A DNA stretch of 63,467 bases, counting the filler, from Lenisia limosa (Eukaryota; Protista; Breviatea), in assembly GCA_001655205.1 (NCBI GenBank). It is 10 parts of 10 records of this genome, joined end to end, with 100 filler letters (N's around TTAATTAATTAA, not from the genome) between each part and the next. Parts side by side here need not be neighbours in the genome. Positions count along the whole stretch, not along the records: positions 38,325 to 44,665 come from LPNZ01011391.1; positions 44,766 to 53,759 come from LPNZ01011713.1; 8 more parts are not named here. One strand, 5' to 3'. How positions within the stretch are numbered: position 1 is the first letter of the stretch; the number at the start of each line of letters is the position of its first letter. Of the stretch, positions 38,398-53,100 are shown one piece after another. Under the pieces are notes generated by a model that saw only the letters and a program-made list of their open reading frames with translations, did not search any database and was not told the DNA's origin. Made by a program: the position numbers and the translations under genes.

Positions 38398-41300
38398 CTT
38401 GTTACAATTTCCTGCAGGGTGCGAGTTGTCATGATCAAGGAAGCCTCGCGCCGAATGGGGTGGTTGGGGTCAAGACTCTCCAGCAGGCTTTGGATGATGG
38501 AGGGGAGCGCCGAGCCTGCCACGTGAGGGCTCATCTGAATGAAGCCTCTGGTNNNNNNNNNNNNNNNNNNNNNNNNNNNNNNNNNNNNNNNNNNNNNNNN
38601 NNNNNNNNNNNNNNNNNNNNNNNNNNNNNNNNNNNNNNNNNNNNNNNATCCTCAGCATCACCAAAGACCCTCAGTATCCCAGAAACACACCTTATGCAGC
38701 TGATAGCCTTTATAGACTCTTTTGACTTTCGGATAATTGTGGACATACGCTGGAGGATTAGGGAAAATAACAAGAACACTCTGGGTTCAGCCATTCTCAA
38801 GGATTCTCTTCAACTCCCACATCTCATACAATATCAAATACAATGATACCAAGGCCTTTACCATTCCAGCCCCACTCTCACCTGAATAAAAAGGCCTGGG
38901 GTGGCCGTAGCTATGAGGAGGAGGGAGTGACCAGAGGCACGATCGATTGCAGCCTGTAAAGTGGCGGAGGCAATGCCATGTCCGTGCCATCCTGGAGGTG
39001 TTAGCTACTATCGACTACAGGTATTCATTTTCACATGATGTGATAATACATCCAGGAGTAGAAATAACAAAACTTGCAGGCACATATAATTTGTTTTACT
39101 CAGCTCCCCTCTTAGCCCAAGACCCACCCGAAGTTGAGTGTACGTGTCCTCCGACATGCCCCTCAGACAGGGAAGGCAGTGAAGACCTAAAGGCATTACA
39201 CACACACTGGACTGAATAGTGGTCATTGAGCAAAGTACTTTATACACTGAGCTTTACGTTCCAAAAAGACATCATACTGGGAGTATTTTCCTTTTGGTAT
39301 ACGCCAGATTGCTGAAAACTGCATCCCAAGCCAGCCTAGCCTACTGGAGGTGCGGCATTGGAATTGTGAGGTTGTGGCGGGGGATATTGGAGATGGACGG
39401 GTGCATGTGACCCGACGGCCCAACTAAATAGTGAGCAAAGTGGAGAGTTGGAGGGAAAAAGAGAAAATGACACATTGTTTTCCAAATCTGTTACGTAATA
39501 CGGCCGCACCTTCAGCGCTATGGGCAGCCATAGTAGACGGCGGCTTGAGAACCGGAGCAGAAGGACCGGACAACCGCATGGTGGTCAGGTCGAACAGCAG
39601 ACTGAGAAGCCCTTCCACCTAGGTAGGATCGTTAAATGGTACTGCATTTTCATGGTGAAAAGAACGCAAGAATCAAGCCTGATATTGTGGAACTATATAA
39701 CCCCCCCCCCCCTATCAGGTGCCCCTTGCCCAACCTGGTTGCGGGTGAGTGANNNNNNNNNNNNNNNNNNNNNNNNNNNNNNNNNNNNNNNNNNNNNNNN
39801 NNNNNNNNNNNNNNNNNNNNNNNNNNNNNNNNNNNNNNNNNNNNNNNNNNNNNNNNNNNNNNNNNNNNNGAGACCGCGCGAAGTGATAACCTGCAAGGGC
39901 GACAAATTAACATTTATGACCCCCTCCCCAATACCCAGAGTGGCATGAACAGAAAGATGCAAGGAAAGGGGGGTTAGGGCGGGGAAAACAAATGAAAAAC
40001 AAAGATAAAAGCAGAATCATGTGAAAAGACACCCACAGTACCTGGAGGAGGAGAGAGGCCACAACAGCAGCCAAGCCAGCTTGAAGTGCGTCAGGATAGG
40101 TCGCTCCCATCACACCTGTAATGGTAAAGGGCATACTAATGGATAATTCCGCAGGGTTCATATTCTCAACATAATGAACCCCACCAAGTACAAGTACAGA
40201 CGTAAGGCCACGAGGGGACAGTTGAATGTTGCCTTTGCTGTCCGTTGTAGTGCTGTTTGATAGTACTGGGGCCCACTGCATGTGTTAAAGCGGGTTAAAA
40301 GCAAAAGGTGGTTTTGATTTTAGATTGTTCTCGATGTTTACAATTCCGTCAATTTGATCAGACGATTCTACTTTTGTTTTTCTATCAAATACCGCTGGGA
40401 GGAGAGAGAAACAAAGGGGCGTGGGGAGAGGGTTTTTAACGATTTTTCAAACAATTTTCTTTCGTTTTGATTATTGCGCAAAGAGAATAAAAGTGGAAGT
40501 GTTATTATATCAACTGATCAACAATACTAAACAAAGCTACTACTTAGTCTACCCCCCTACGTCATTGGCCATGGCTCTGCGGTCTTCTGACGCCATTCGG
40601 TCCAAAGTGGAGGTGAACAGCACTCGTGCCACCAAAATGGGTGAAAAGTAACAAGAAATTCATGCTTTACCCCNNNNNNNNNNNNNNNNNNNNNNNNNNN
40701 NNNNNNNNNNNNNNNNNNNNNNNNNNNNNNNNNNNNNNNNNNNNNNNNNNNNNNNNNNNNNNNNNNNNTCAAACATGATTCAAGACTTACAAGGAAGACT
40801 TCAACCCCTACCCACCTGCTGGATCGGTTCAATTGGATCCTCCCAGAACCTCGACAGAAGGGGCAACGAAGGCTCAATATATCGTGTTACTGTCTGGGAG
40901 TGATCAGATACATTGTATAGGTGGAGGCACATGTGGGCACTTTTTCATTTTTTCATCTATTTTAGATAAAAAAAAAAATACAAAAGGTGGAGCAGCAATG
41001 ATTTATCTCAAAGAAATTATCAAAAAAANNNNNNNNNNNNNNNNNNNNNNNNNNNNNNNNNNNNNNNNNNNNNNNNNNNNNNNNNNNNNNNNNNNNNNNN
41101 NNNNNNNNNNNNNNNNNNNNNNNNNNNNNNNNNNNNNNNNNNNNNNNTTATCTTATAAAAATGAAAAAGTGCCCACTCATGTGCCTCCACCTATACAGAC
41201 ATGAGAAATCAAAAACAAGATTGTATCTGGCAAGCCGTACCATCACGCTAAAATTGATATTGAATTCACCCAATCATTGTCTATATATCAATTTGTCATG

Positions 41301-44300
41301 AAGTTACCGGACATTACCTGAGGAATCACAAGGGCAATCCGGCGAATTGAGTCACTACAAAACTGGATAGCTTCTGTCGCTGGATACATAAAAAAAAGAA
41401 TTCGTGGATTGGACAAAAAGGGGAACAAAGAAGGAGTCAAGAATATCAACGAAAATGGAGCTTACAGAGGTGTATTGCAGCGTTAGCCACAGCAGAAGGA
41501 CACAGTGCTGATAGTACTGTGGTGAAAGACGAGACTTGCCATCTACCTAACCCGCCGCCTGGATACATCATACAGAACTTCAATACCGATTTTCTGTTGT
41601 ACGCAGCAAAAGGTTGTAAAGGGGCTGGAAGCCTAATATGGATATGGAATTGTCAAAAACTATCCCTTTGAAACTTAAGAATACAGAGAATTTGTACATT
41701 ATTGACCCCCCCCCCCCCNNNNNNNNNNNNNNNNNNNNNNNNNNNNNNNNNNNNNNNNNNNNNNNNNNNNNNNNNNNNNNNNNNNNNNNNNNNNNNNNNN
41801 NNNNNNNNNNNNNNNNNNNNNNNNNNNNNNNNNNNNNNNNNNNNNNAATGTCAGAACCGCTGCTGGTGTCGTCAACTTTTGGTCAATCAAAGCAGCCGTT
41901 CAACGTTAAAAAATAAACCAAAGAAAAACAACATTAAGCAATATAACAGAAAGTATAATGAAAATGTCCGAATTGAATAACACTACATTCGATTTTGCCT
42001 AAAGCCCCCCCCCCCCNNNNNNNNNNGCAACAAGGGCTTCATCAAGAGAAGCTGAGGTGTGCCACGGTGCTAAAAGGTGAGGAGGGCAATATCTGGTGCT
42101 GATACTATACTGTACTAACCCTTAGTTAAACACATATGTTTTCATAACTGCATTTTGTTTTTTTTAAAAAGAATGGAGCTGGGGGTAGTCCAGAATAGCA
42201 ATTTTTTTTTGATAATAATTATTGTCGGAGGATTCAACTTATAGGATGCAATTTATCTCTTGCACTAGGCAACGCATTTGTGATAACGTTTGGACCATTC
42301 GCTCTGCCTACCAAAAAGACATGAAGACAACCAGGCTGCTGACGACGACAGATCCTCAACAGCTACACAGGTCAATACACTCTATTACACAGGTCAGCAC
42401 TCTATTGTTACACAAGTACACTCTATTGTTACACAGGTCAGTATATTCTATTGTCAGAAGCTGGTTAAATCATGTTGAGTTGTGATTAGAAGTAGAACAA
42501 GAAACAAAACACGGGATTATATGATATCAATATGTAGCAAAATGAAACATTGTTGAGCTGTACATGGGGGGGGNNNNNNNNNNNNNNNNNNNNNNNNNNN
42601 NNNNNNNNNNNNNNNNNNNNNNNNNNNNNNNNTGTTCAATATCGCAAATTCAAACATTTCGTTGTTGAAAGAGCCAAACAGTTTCATTGAACCACATCTA
42701 TACCCCATCATACAGGCGTTATGCATTAGACTAATGGATTCGATGATGCTCTTGACGTTAACAACTGCCAGCTAAATGGTAAAAAGTCTTGAAATATTAT
42801 CATTTTTGTACGTAGAAAAATAAGGAGTAGCAAAAGGGGACCACCAACAGGAATCGAAGAACCTCCAATGGACAAAGCTGCAATGTCGGCCAAGCAAGGT
42901 TCTGAAAGATGACGACAAAAAGACAAGTAGTTGGGCTGTGTCAATCCATGTCAAATTCTTGCTGTAATACAGCAAATCAACAAAAGAAACAGACTGGATA
43001 CATATTCAACACGAGCAAGACAAAGAGATTTGAAGTAAGAGAAAAGTATAAGTTGGAGCTTGAATGGCTCAGAATGTGATTAAGCTCGCATAAAGGAAGC
43101 TGAGGAAGAACTTGATTCCAGAGTTGCTCAAAGAGGATGGGGAAGGAAGAGGCGAGTTGATGATAGATGAGGAAAGGGAGTGGATGGGGCAAAGCAGGAA
43201 GAAAGAGAACAATGGTAATCTGTTGTAGCAAAATTGTACTTTTGTGGAAAACTAATACTTATTGGGAAGAAAAAATGATACTAAACTTCTGTTTATTCCA
43301 TTTGTGAAGACAATTTTGTACCGTGCCTTTGTATTAATAGAATCTAAAGGAATATCAAGAAATGCTAAAGAAGGAAAAGGGGGGAAAGGTGGTCCAATGA
43401 TCATGGTCAAGTGACCTGCCTAATGTATTATGTACATAAATAGATATTGCATAATATACAGTATATGCAGGTATATATCATAGTTTATGATATGCTTCAT
43501 GCGTACTCGAGGGTTCGTGAAAATCCCAACAAACCTTCAATGGTGCCTTCTTCCGCGTCATCAGTTTCTTCAGTCTCAGCAACACTCGTCAACGCCGTCC
43601 CTTCTGATTCCTGAAGTTCGGCCGCTTCAATTGTGCGCAGAAGACGTTTGCGTGTGCGCGCACTACAGCGTAATGTGAAACTTGCTTTTACAATCTCGGG
43701 GCTATCATTCCTTAAGAGCTCAAATGTGCTGAACTAGATTATTTATTCTTTTACCGTAGTAATGGTCCAATGCACTTTGCGGATATGGAGGGGGTAAGTA
43801 TCAAGAAGAAGGACATTAGCACATTTGAATTTCTCAGCCAGCATACACTTGGGTCTTTGCACCTTTCAAAACACTCGTCCACATCTGCTATGTGAAAAAG
43901 AAAACCAAAAAAATATTTTGCTAGTCCGAATTAAATTTTCGATCTGATGATCATAGGATAATGTTTATTGCATCGTTACATGGTATTTGAAAAAAGAGAG
44001 GAAGACCACCTCCCACCTTGCGACCCTTCTCCCCATGCCAGGTGGCGGAGTATCGACCAGATGATAGGGCCCACACCACCACTGCTCCATCAGCCAGGAG
44101 GCCGTACACAGAGTCTCGTTCAACGTCCCAACGCATATCTGCAACCGGTGCATGGTGGCCCTGATGTGGTAAGTCTTCAAATCAAGTATTCTCAGGTCAT
44201 AGTTTTGCTGACAAAAAGGGCCACCACCTACACTAAGTCTAGTGCAGCACTTGAGGTCGGTACCGTTAATGTCCCAGAGGCAGATTCCGCGGTCTGTTCC

Positions 44301-44531
44301 GGTTGTGATGAAAGACTGAGGCTGCAACGGACGGATCTGGAATATTGAGTTCTTTATCTTTTCTATGAGGCTATTAACTTGAACCAAAACTAAAAATTTG
44401 ACCAGTATTGTGGAAGACAAAAATGACAGTCTCTGCACCATCCCGATAACCTCTGGTGGGGATGGGAAGAGAGATGCAGGTCCTCCATGTGGCTGCACAA
44501 CAGAAATGCAGCGCATTGTCCTGGGCGGTGA
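38398..44531 (-). CDS. WDR7/WDR72 (rabconnectin-3 beta)-like protein, internal portion truncated at both linkers
   Basis: GHHAPVADMRWDVERDSVYGLLADGAVVVWALSSG; HSLLLIATATPGLFI; LLESLDPNHPIRREASL...LQEIV resemble WDR7-family segments. Confidence 0.75.
41200..41280 (-). mobile_element. Family B repeat, 5'-truncated copy in WDR7-like intron
   Basis: Minus strand ATGATTGGGTGAATT...AGCGTGATGGTACGGCTTGCCAGATACAATCTTGTTTTTGATTTCTCAT. Confidence 0.75.
42362..42452. repeat. ~21-23-bp degenerate tandem repeat next to a minus-strand acceptor
   Basis: ACTCTATT(GT)TACACAGGTCAG-like units x3-4; the terminal unit supplies ...GACCTGTGTAG|. Confidence 0.7.
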
Positions 44532-44765
44532 GACTCTGTTCCGGAAAAAAAGGGGGGAAATTTAACAGAACCGAAAACTTCAGTCCATTTGACCTGATTG
44601 AGATAATGAAAACATGATACGATTCTGTAAACAAAAAGACAACCTATTACATTAGACTCCCCTCANNNNNNNNNNNNNNNNNNNNNNNNNNNNNNNNNNN
44701 NNNNNNNNNTTAATTAATTAANNNNNNNNNNNNNNNNNNNNNNNNNNNNNNNNNNNNNNNNNNNN

Positions 44766-46716
44766 GCTCAAGCTCGTGAAGTGTTGATAGCTAGGAGCCT
44801 TGAGGTATATCGCGCCATAATGGACATTGGGAACTAGGTAAGCAAAATTAGGTTGTGTTTTTACTGACCACCATCCAGCCAAAACAATCTTCGATAAACC
44901 ACAAGACGAGTCGACATCATTCGATATTGCTGCGATGAAATCCCTTGGTCCTTACTACAAGAGTGCTGACACAATCTTGAAAAAGGTAAGAAAGGTATGT
45001 TGTTTATTATCCCCTGTCTTCGTTTATGGCCTAAGCCCAACCCCCAACAACTCAATTTAATATTTAATTGACAATAATTATCATCCTATTGCCAGACTTT
45101 GCAGGCACCAATGTTGAAAGCTTTGTGAAGTCTACGCCTTCTCATTACATACCCAACTCAAGAACCTTTTTCTTTGATGAAATAGCTTCCATGCTTGGTA
45201 AATGGGAGGGTATGAGGAACAAACCACTGGGTTCAGCAATCTCAATCCCAAATCTTGATGGTGAGGTTGTGAATGGGCCAATCATCATTGGAGGCGACGA
45301 TTTCCTTGACAAAACACCCAAGCCCCTCCAACCAGTTCCCCTTTCAATTCCTTCTTCAATTCCAAAGACTGGGGTCAAGCTCCTTGATGAATCTTTGAAG
45401 ACCTACGCTGAAAATCCTCTGTGTAATGACGAGCTATTTGTCCCTTAGTTGCCGGTGGACCTTGGGTTACTATGTTACCTTGATCCTATAAGCATGACTG
45501 TTCTAGGTCGCCCNNNNNNNNNNNNNNNNNNNNNNNNNNNNNNNNNNNNNNNNNNNNNNNNNNNNNNNNNNNNNNNNNNNNNNNNNNNNNNNNNNNNNNN
45601 NNNNNNNNNNNNNNNNNNNNNNNNNNNNNNNNNNNNNNNNAATAGAAAGATGTACTACTTTCATGCAAAAGTGAACGAGAGACAGAGCAAGGAGTTGGGT
45701 AGATGGCATGCAGTAAATGGAAAACGGTTTGTTGGGCTGACTGGACGTTTCAGAAAGTGTTGCTTTCGTTTGTTTCTATCCATCCATACTTTAAATAATC
45801 AATTCTTTGGGACATAAAGGACTGGGAAGCCGTTGAAATCGACTGCGTGAGAGCTTCTCAGAAGTCATGTGGGTACACTCCCGATGGGTTTGACCCATTG
45901 GCGATTGTCATTAGTGTGTTTACTAAAGGAAAACTCTTTCGCCCCTCTCATTATCCCAATGTCACCCCCCAATACCTCCGTGCACTATATTCCCTCAACA
46001 AACCTCCACACCCCTCCTCAAGCCCCCAATCTCTATCTACCCACCCCATCCCAACCAACCTTTCTCGACACTCCGTCTGTACTTGAGTCTGCTGAGTTTC
46101 GTACTTCACTGCATGTTGCCAAGGGTAATTGTGAACTCGCCTGCGAACAAGTACTTGCTCTCAGAGCAAAAGCAGTTGTAGCAAATGACCCACGTCAAGA
46201 CATTTCTTCTGAACAAAAGGCCTACTGTCAAGGTGTCGCAGCTGCCCTTTCGGTTGTCGCATTACGGTTCCCCAAAACACATGAGAGCACACCCCTTCAC
46301 GCCCGAGCTGCCGAAGAATCACACTTCTCCATCATTAAGGACGCTGTCATTCGTTCTGTAGATATTGGTCCTTACCCAGACATTGTGGAAAAGCCTGTTC
46401 GGTTTTTCATCACAAAGCCTGATGAACAGCTGGCAATTCTTCGTCCTGGCCAGGTAGAATGGGATGTCCTTTGCGACACACTTCTTGAGTTGTATTTAAT
46501 CATTTTCCCAGTTTTCCATGTTGACTCAGGTAGGTAGTCGCCAACCCTGAGAATATCAAGCCAAGTAGAGCCACAACAAGAGCCACCAAGCGAGGTGCGG
46601 TTCAGGGTCCGCACACCGTGACCCCAGCCAAGCTAGTGGCTACTGCCAAAGCACGAAAGGCGAGTAAAGTCAGAGCAAATGGAAAGGAAGAATCTGTAGA
46701 TATGGTCTTTTTTTGA
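44766..46716 (+). CDS. Unidentified protein, 3' portion (multi-exon)
   Basis: Open splice-compatible exons, e.g. DFAGTNVESFVKSTPSHYIPNS..., SAEFRTSLHVAKGNCELACEQVL..., VVANPENIKPSRATT...; no family recognised. Confidence 0.6.
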
Positions 46717-47169
46717 GAGTTGTGTGCTTTCTATGACATGTATGATCATTTTCAACAAGAACGGTACTTCCTTTTGACCTTCACTATGAACTATTTTTTG
46801 ACATAAAATTATCAGAATGGTTATGTACATCTTTGAAGAGCATATTTAAACAATTAAACTATTAAAAAAAAGGTAATCAGAAGAAAAAATTTTTTCGGAC
46901 ATGAATTCGGCATTTCGGACATGGTTTCTGCGCCCCAGCATATATATATATAATATATNNNNNNNNNNNNNNNNNNNNNNNNNNNNNNNNNNNNNNNNNN
47001 NNNNNNNNNNNNNNNNNNNNNNNNNNNNNNNNNNNNNNNNNNNNNNNNNNNNNNNNNNNNNNNNNNNNNNNNNNNNNNTAAGATAAAGGGATCAGCAAAA
47101 CAAAACAATACGATGAGTGCTAATTAGTGAAGAAAACATAAGATAAAGGAATCAACAAAACAAAACAAT

Positions 47170-50100
47170 TCATTGAAGAAGACACAGGACTCCCCAACCT
47201 TCATTCTCAAGTTTCATTTCAGCGAGAAGTTCATCGATGTCCCTATCATCTTCCGGTTTAGTCTGGAAAGTAAAAATGCATTCGAAGAGATATGAGCATT
47301 ACACATTAGTACTAACCTGTGTTTCCGTTTTCTTTTCAGTGAAACCCTCATCCTCCTCCTCTTCTTCCAAAAATTCGGCCAACATATCTTGGGTAATACC
47401 TAGTTGAGTCAAATATACTCCACCGTAAAATGGAAAATAGTAAAGATAGAAATGTTTCATACCTTTCGTAGTAGGTCTATCTTTTTGCCACTTTAGGTCA
47501 GCTTCTTCCATCATTTTTTCATCTTCTGCAGCAGACATATCTTGAAATGTTAGTGAGTTAACATTAACTGAGGTGAAGGGAAGAAACAAAAACTGTGAAT
47601 TAACAACAATTGAAATTAATAATGATAACCTACCGAAAGATCTCTTCGAGCTGTCGTGTTTGTAGATCAATTCAAGTACCTTAACATCCGTCGTGAACAA
47701 AAGAGATTCCGCTCCTTCTCCACTGAAATCCAATGTACCCGTTCCTCGTTTGACTTCTCCCTACATAAAATTATCCAACAATATAATTAGACCAATTTTA
47801 ATAACAGTGAAGTAGTCTACAGCACAATCCACTCCTCTTTTACCTTGAACAGCAACGTTGAGTCAAGTTTGATTTCAACATGTCGCACACCACGAGTGGT
47901 TCTGGCTCTAGTTCTATTGTAGTTCCAGAGGCGAATGAATGAAAGAGTTTGAGGAGATTCGAAGGGAATACTGATAGCAATGCACTTCCCCTGCGGAGTG
48001 AGGAATTTTTGGTCGAAAGAAAGCTCAAAAGAGTATATTTTATAAGGATTGGACCTGATAGCATTTTAGGAGGGAGCAATCTGTCAAATGATTGTTCCGG
48101 CTTACCCACCATTCCAGGCCATGAATGTACCCATGATTTGAGGTCATCTTGGGTACATGGATATTCGTCAAAGAGGTTACTGATCTGTAGAGTTAAAGAG
48201 CCTTGAAATCCAAATAGCGGAATTATAGACTCGTGTTAATGTTCTTGCATACCTTACGAGGGTCGTCCGCGTCCATAAGAAGAGCTTTCAGCTGGGATGT
48301 TGGCATTGACTGCATTAAGTCGGTATCTGGAGGAGCCTGGAGGAGGTAAGGTGAATGACTGAGGGGAAGTGATGCAAAATGTGTGTCATATGGTTCTAAT
48401 TAAAAATTATTGTTAATAGGGTAGCAACTCATGCTACGTAATATGATAAGGTGAGGGGGGGGGGGGAAGGGAGATTATTAGACANNNNNNNNNNNNNNNN
48501 NNNNNNNNNNNNNNNNNNNNNNNNNNNNNNNNNNNNNNNNNNNNGAAGAATCTGGACCAGGTAACTCGCTGAAAGAGGACGACAAAGTATCCACTGAGAC
48601 ATGCTGTGATTTAACCTAGAAATGTAACTTAAAAGGTTTATGAGTTGAGTTGTTTCATCCCTACAGTATTCAGTGTAATTGAAGTTCAATTTCTATTCTG
48701 TCTTCAGAACTTGTTGTAATAATGAGAGAGNNNNNNNNNNNNNNNNNNNNNNNNNNNNNNNNNNNNNNNNNNNNNNNNNNNNNNNNNNNNNTGAACCCTT
48801 TTTGTTAAATAGTTCAATTCCTGCCATTGCAACGAAGTGAGGATCACCCCAAGTAGAGTTGATTCGAATGGTGAGTACTTTACCCTAAGTATGGATGATT
48901 TGGAAGAAACATGCTAGTATATGTATATATATACCTAAGCTTATAGTGTAAAAAAGATATCATACTATACTAAATACTATATTACATGCAGCAAAAAAAA
49001 CAATAAAAATTCTCACGCAAAAACAAAAAACTGATTCCAAACCTCGGGAAGGATGGGGGTTGAAAAAGTAGGAGTTTCCTTGGTTTGTGACTTGTTGAGG
49101 GAGGGCGACAGACTGAATTGTATTAGGTATTTCTGGAAAAAAAAAAGGAAATCATCATCTGCATATATCCCCTTGGGGCCCGAGGCCTTTTTTCAAGATG
49201 CCACTTTTTGGTTGTGGTCATACAAAACACAATTTTTCCCATTTCACCACGAAAACAGTATAATGTAGTTATTTACTGTGGAAATCCTTTCCAGACTGAA
49301 AAGCAGGGGAAATATTTTATTTTCATCAAATTCTGGGGATGTTTGGGCTAAAGTACAAAATCTTGACATGTAATATTCAAAACGACTAAAATAAGTCAAT
49401 TTCACCAAATATTAAATGATATAGTATGTATCACCAGATGTCTGTCAAAAAATATTAAATGTTGGGAAAAATAGTTTAAAAGGCATTTGCATCAGTTTCC
49501 TTTTTAAGAAACTGCAAAAATTTTTGCCATATTTAGTGAATTCGATCAATCAAACAAAGTATATTTTTGTGAAAAGCTGGGTTTGAGATTTGGGATATTT
49601 TCGGGGTCCTGTAACCCCAATTTTTACGTGATATTTACAGTAAATCCACTAAATAAGGTAACTAGATAATTATTTTGTCAAAACAGTGAAATTGGTCGTA
49701 GTGAATGGGTAAATATGAATCTCAAAACACTATTACTGACAACAATATCAAAACTGACTTGTATCTACTCAAAAAAACGAGACGATGGGTCCCAAGGGGA
49801 TACGATTGAAATGCTAAAATATATTATTATGTAGTATTGCTAAAAAAAAGTGCTGGGGGGGGGGGGGTNNNNNNNNNNNNNNNNNNNNNNNNNNNNNNNN
49901 NNNNNNNNNNNNNNNNNNAGTGCCAAGCTTTTGTTCAAGTCAGCATCTTTAAGCAGGTCGAAGGGGTTGTCCACAAGGCTTGGTGGCTCATTGAATCTCG
50001 GCGATGTAGCTGGTGAGTTAAGAGAATAATGATACGTTCAAGGGGGTTAATTATCACATGCACGGTTGCAGTAACGCCTCTTAACGCACTTGGAGAAGCA

Positions 50101-53039
50101 GTGGTTGACGTCAAAGGGCTCTCGACACCAAGTCTACCGGCCTGTTTGTGCGCAGCAAAGTTTAGTCTATTCCATGACTCCTCCAGATTGCGTCCTGGTG
50201 CTCCGGGTGGACTAATTATACATTAAAGTATGATCAAAACATGAAAGATAAATAAAATCTATGTTGTTCCAAAACAAGAACCAGACACACTCACCTGACA
50301 GGAGGAAGGGGGTCAATTGCTGGGCTTTCTGTTTCAAGTTGACCAGGGGACAGCATTCGAATACCAGTGACTTCACCAACAGGTCCCAGGTACTCTCTAA
50401 ACATATATGAAACTGCATTTTGAGACATAGATATTTATCTCGACCGATTGTTATGTAATATATAAGAGGTTTTGTTCCCGCTAACTCAATTGCTTCCGGT
50501 TCATCCTTGATGGGGAAGGTTTCAAACATGATACCCTTTTTAGGTTCCACAGGATTATGCTCAGTGATTTGGCTGGTGGGTCAAAATATCAACAAGAAAA
50601 AAAAAAAAAAAATATAATATGGCTTTTGTTATATTTGGAATTTACGACCATATTTATGGAAATATATCGAGGATTTTTCAGATTTTGTTCTTAAAATGTA
50701 GTTTTGGTACCTTTCCTTCAGTACAGAGTCGTTGTCTTCCGTCTGGATAGTGAATGCTAATAATAAAACAACATAACCCCTTTAAAGGACCAACCTCATC
50801 AGCTGTAATGGCAAATACTGGCTTGTCGACTTGGCCCCACTGTTGGCGTTTGGCTTCAGTGGTCTCTTGGCTTCTAAAATAAATAATAATAACAAAAATG
50901 TAGAGAAAGCAATTGCAGTTTGTCGATTCTCAGTCACCCACTTTTTGGTCACAGAGATTGAGTCAAGCTTATTGAGGATATTTGAATAGCCACGGGCAGC
51001 AGCAGCAGCGGCGAAGCCAAGTGGAGTACTGTAGTCAAATCCCGAGTTGCCACAGCCCTTGTTGATTTTGCCTTGCCAGACCTACATGAAAATGAATGGA
51101 AAATGATTATAAGTAGTTGAATATTTCTAAATCCCCAACGAAAAAAAAATAAAATAAAAAAATAAAAAAATAAAATCGACGGGCTGTACCCAGTTTACCT
51201 GCTCTCCACCATAGAATATTGTAGCCTGCCTTACACCCTTGTTGGAATCCTGAATTGGTTATTCGTGAGGATAAAGCAATCGAAAACAAAACAAAAACAC
51301 TTCAAACTACCCACATTTATGGACTCGTTGTAGTTCCAAATTCGAAGACTGCTGATTCTATTACGTCCTGTAGTAATACATATCTGAATCGGTCCTACAC
51401 AGACAATGAAGAAAAATGCATATAAGGCTGGAAAAGGCGGAAGATCAGGAGTATTACACAAATCATATACAGTAGCCCACCAGTTTTTTTATTGAACACT
51501 GAAGACCACATTTGCCTGGACGCAACCGTTTGGTTTTTGCCATTGAATAATCGTGACACGCGGGCATCTGTAAGGTAGTGTTGACTAATTTCCAGAAGCG
51601 AAGTGGAGTATTTCATTGAGTATATTTCAAAAAAACAACCATTGTTTCCACTTCCCGTTCCAATTTTTACCCATCCTACCAATTGGCCTGTTTTTGATAG
51701 CTACGTCAGAAGTTTGAATACTGACTTCTTCATCAGACGTATCATAAATCTGCTCAATGAGATTTGGAAGCAGAAACATTATAAACTATCAGAATTAGAA
51801 AGAGCATACTCGTACAATATATAATACCGATAGCATGACATCATAGATAACATAAACGTGATAACTTTTCCAATTAAATAATAAACATATGGTTCTTGTT
51901 TTAGTGTTAGGAATAGCATTTTTTAACTCACTTGAATTCCTGTCAGTCCTATCGTTGATCCGTGACCCCAATTCGACTCGAGTACTAAAACAAGATCACC
52001 ATCAGAATGGGAAGTAGAAGGACCAGGCTCCTGGAAGCGCGTTTGGCCTTCAGTGATAGTAGGCTCCGAAGGCGTCATTGCAAGGTCAGCCAAGTTAATA
52101 CCAAGGAGGGACGAAAGAGATTGTCTCGCATCAACTGTGGAACCCAAGCTGTCAATGCGATCGATGACCTATGAGAATATTTAATATAGCATGAGGGTTT
52201 GATTCGATGGAAATCACGAACAGAACACATGACACCCAGCTCTTCAACCTGGTATATACTAGTATACATATATGATAAAAAAAACTACCAACCGTAGCAA
52301 GTAGATCTTGTTGTGCTTTTGACATGGCGCGAACTTTACGCAATAAGACACGTTCCAGACTCGGGGTAACAGCAGATCCAACACTCTGTCGCACCGAAGC
52401 AGTCAATCGTGTGGCCATATCACGAGGGATAATATCATCACTTTCAACATCTTCAAGGCCAGCCATTCGTAAGCGCGATGCAGGTCTCACACTCATGTCA
52501 GGGCTGGCGCTTCGTTCACCATCACCCTGGTGTGGCAATGATGTATCAAGATCAACGCTAGTTGTAGTAGAATCATGGAGTGAGCGTTTGCTTTGGGACT
52601 TTGGTAGGCTTGGGAACGCCATAGTGGTGATTGAAGGTTGTGGAGGGACGTGATCGTCTGATGTGAAAGTCTCAGTCTGGCCCATTGAAGCGTAGTGATC
52701 AACATTGATGTTCTCTCTTCTGACAGAAGCTGCAACCTTGGATAGTAAGCCTTTGTTCAGTTGAACATTATAGTATGCTATATACTTATAGTCAATGAAC
52801 ATGGCCATCCCATATACAGCTGCCACGCTTGAGGAATCATCTAAACGACTATCAGGGCGGCGGCGGAGTGCAGAAAGTGGACGCGAAGCAGATACTGGGC
52901 GAGAAGAGGCTATGATGTCATATCGTTCAGAAAGGAGTACATTGCCTCTTTGTCAACTATATTGCAAACCCAATACCTTGAGCAGATGTTCCTCGGGGTG
53001 CAGTGTTGAATTGCCGAATATTTGGTCCAGTTTCTTCAT
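47170..53039 (-). CDS. KATNIP/KIAA0556-like basal-body protein (termini approximate)
   Basis: LVLESNWGHGSTIGLTGIQV, RLFNGKNQT...MW, SLRIWNYNES, KGVRQ, VWQGKINKGCGNSGFDYS, LEESWNRLNF, ESLLFTTD. Confidence 0.8.
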
Positions 53040-53100
53040 ATGGCTAAATGAAGTCAGAAAAAAATATTCAAAATTTTTCTCCAATATATATAAATATAGT

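Noticed and set aside
38870-38995. GNAT acetyltransferase motif (GWHGHGIASATLQAA)
   Set aside because: The same exon continues SLLLIATATPGLFI, which fits WDR7, and the flanking exons are WDR7-like.
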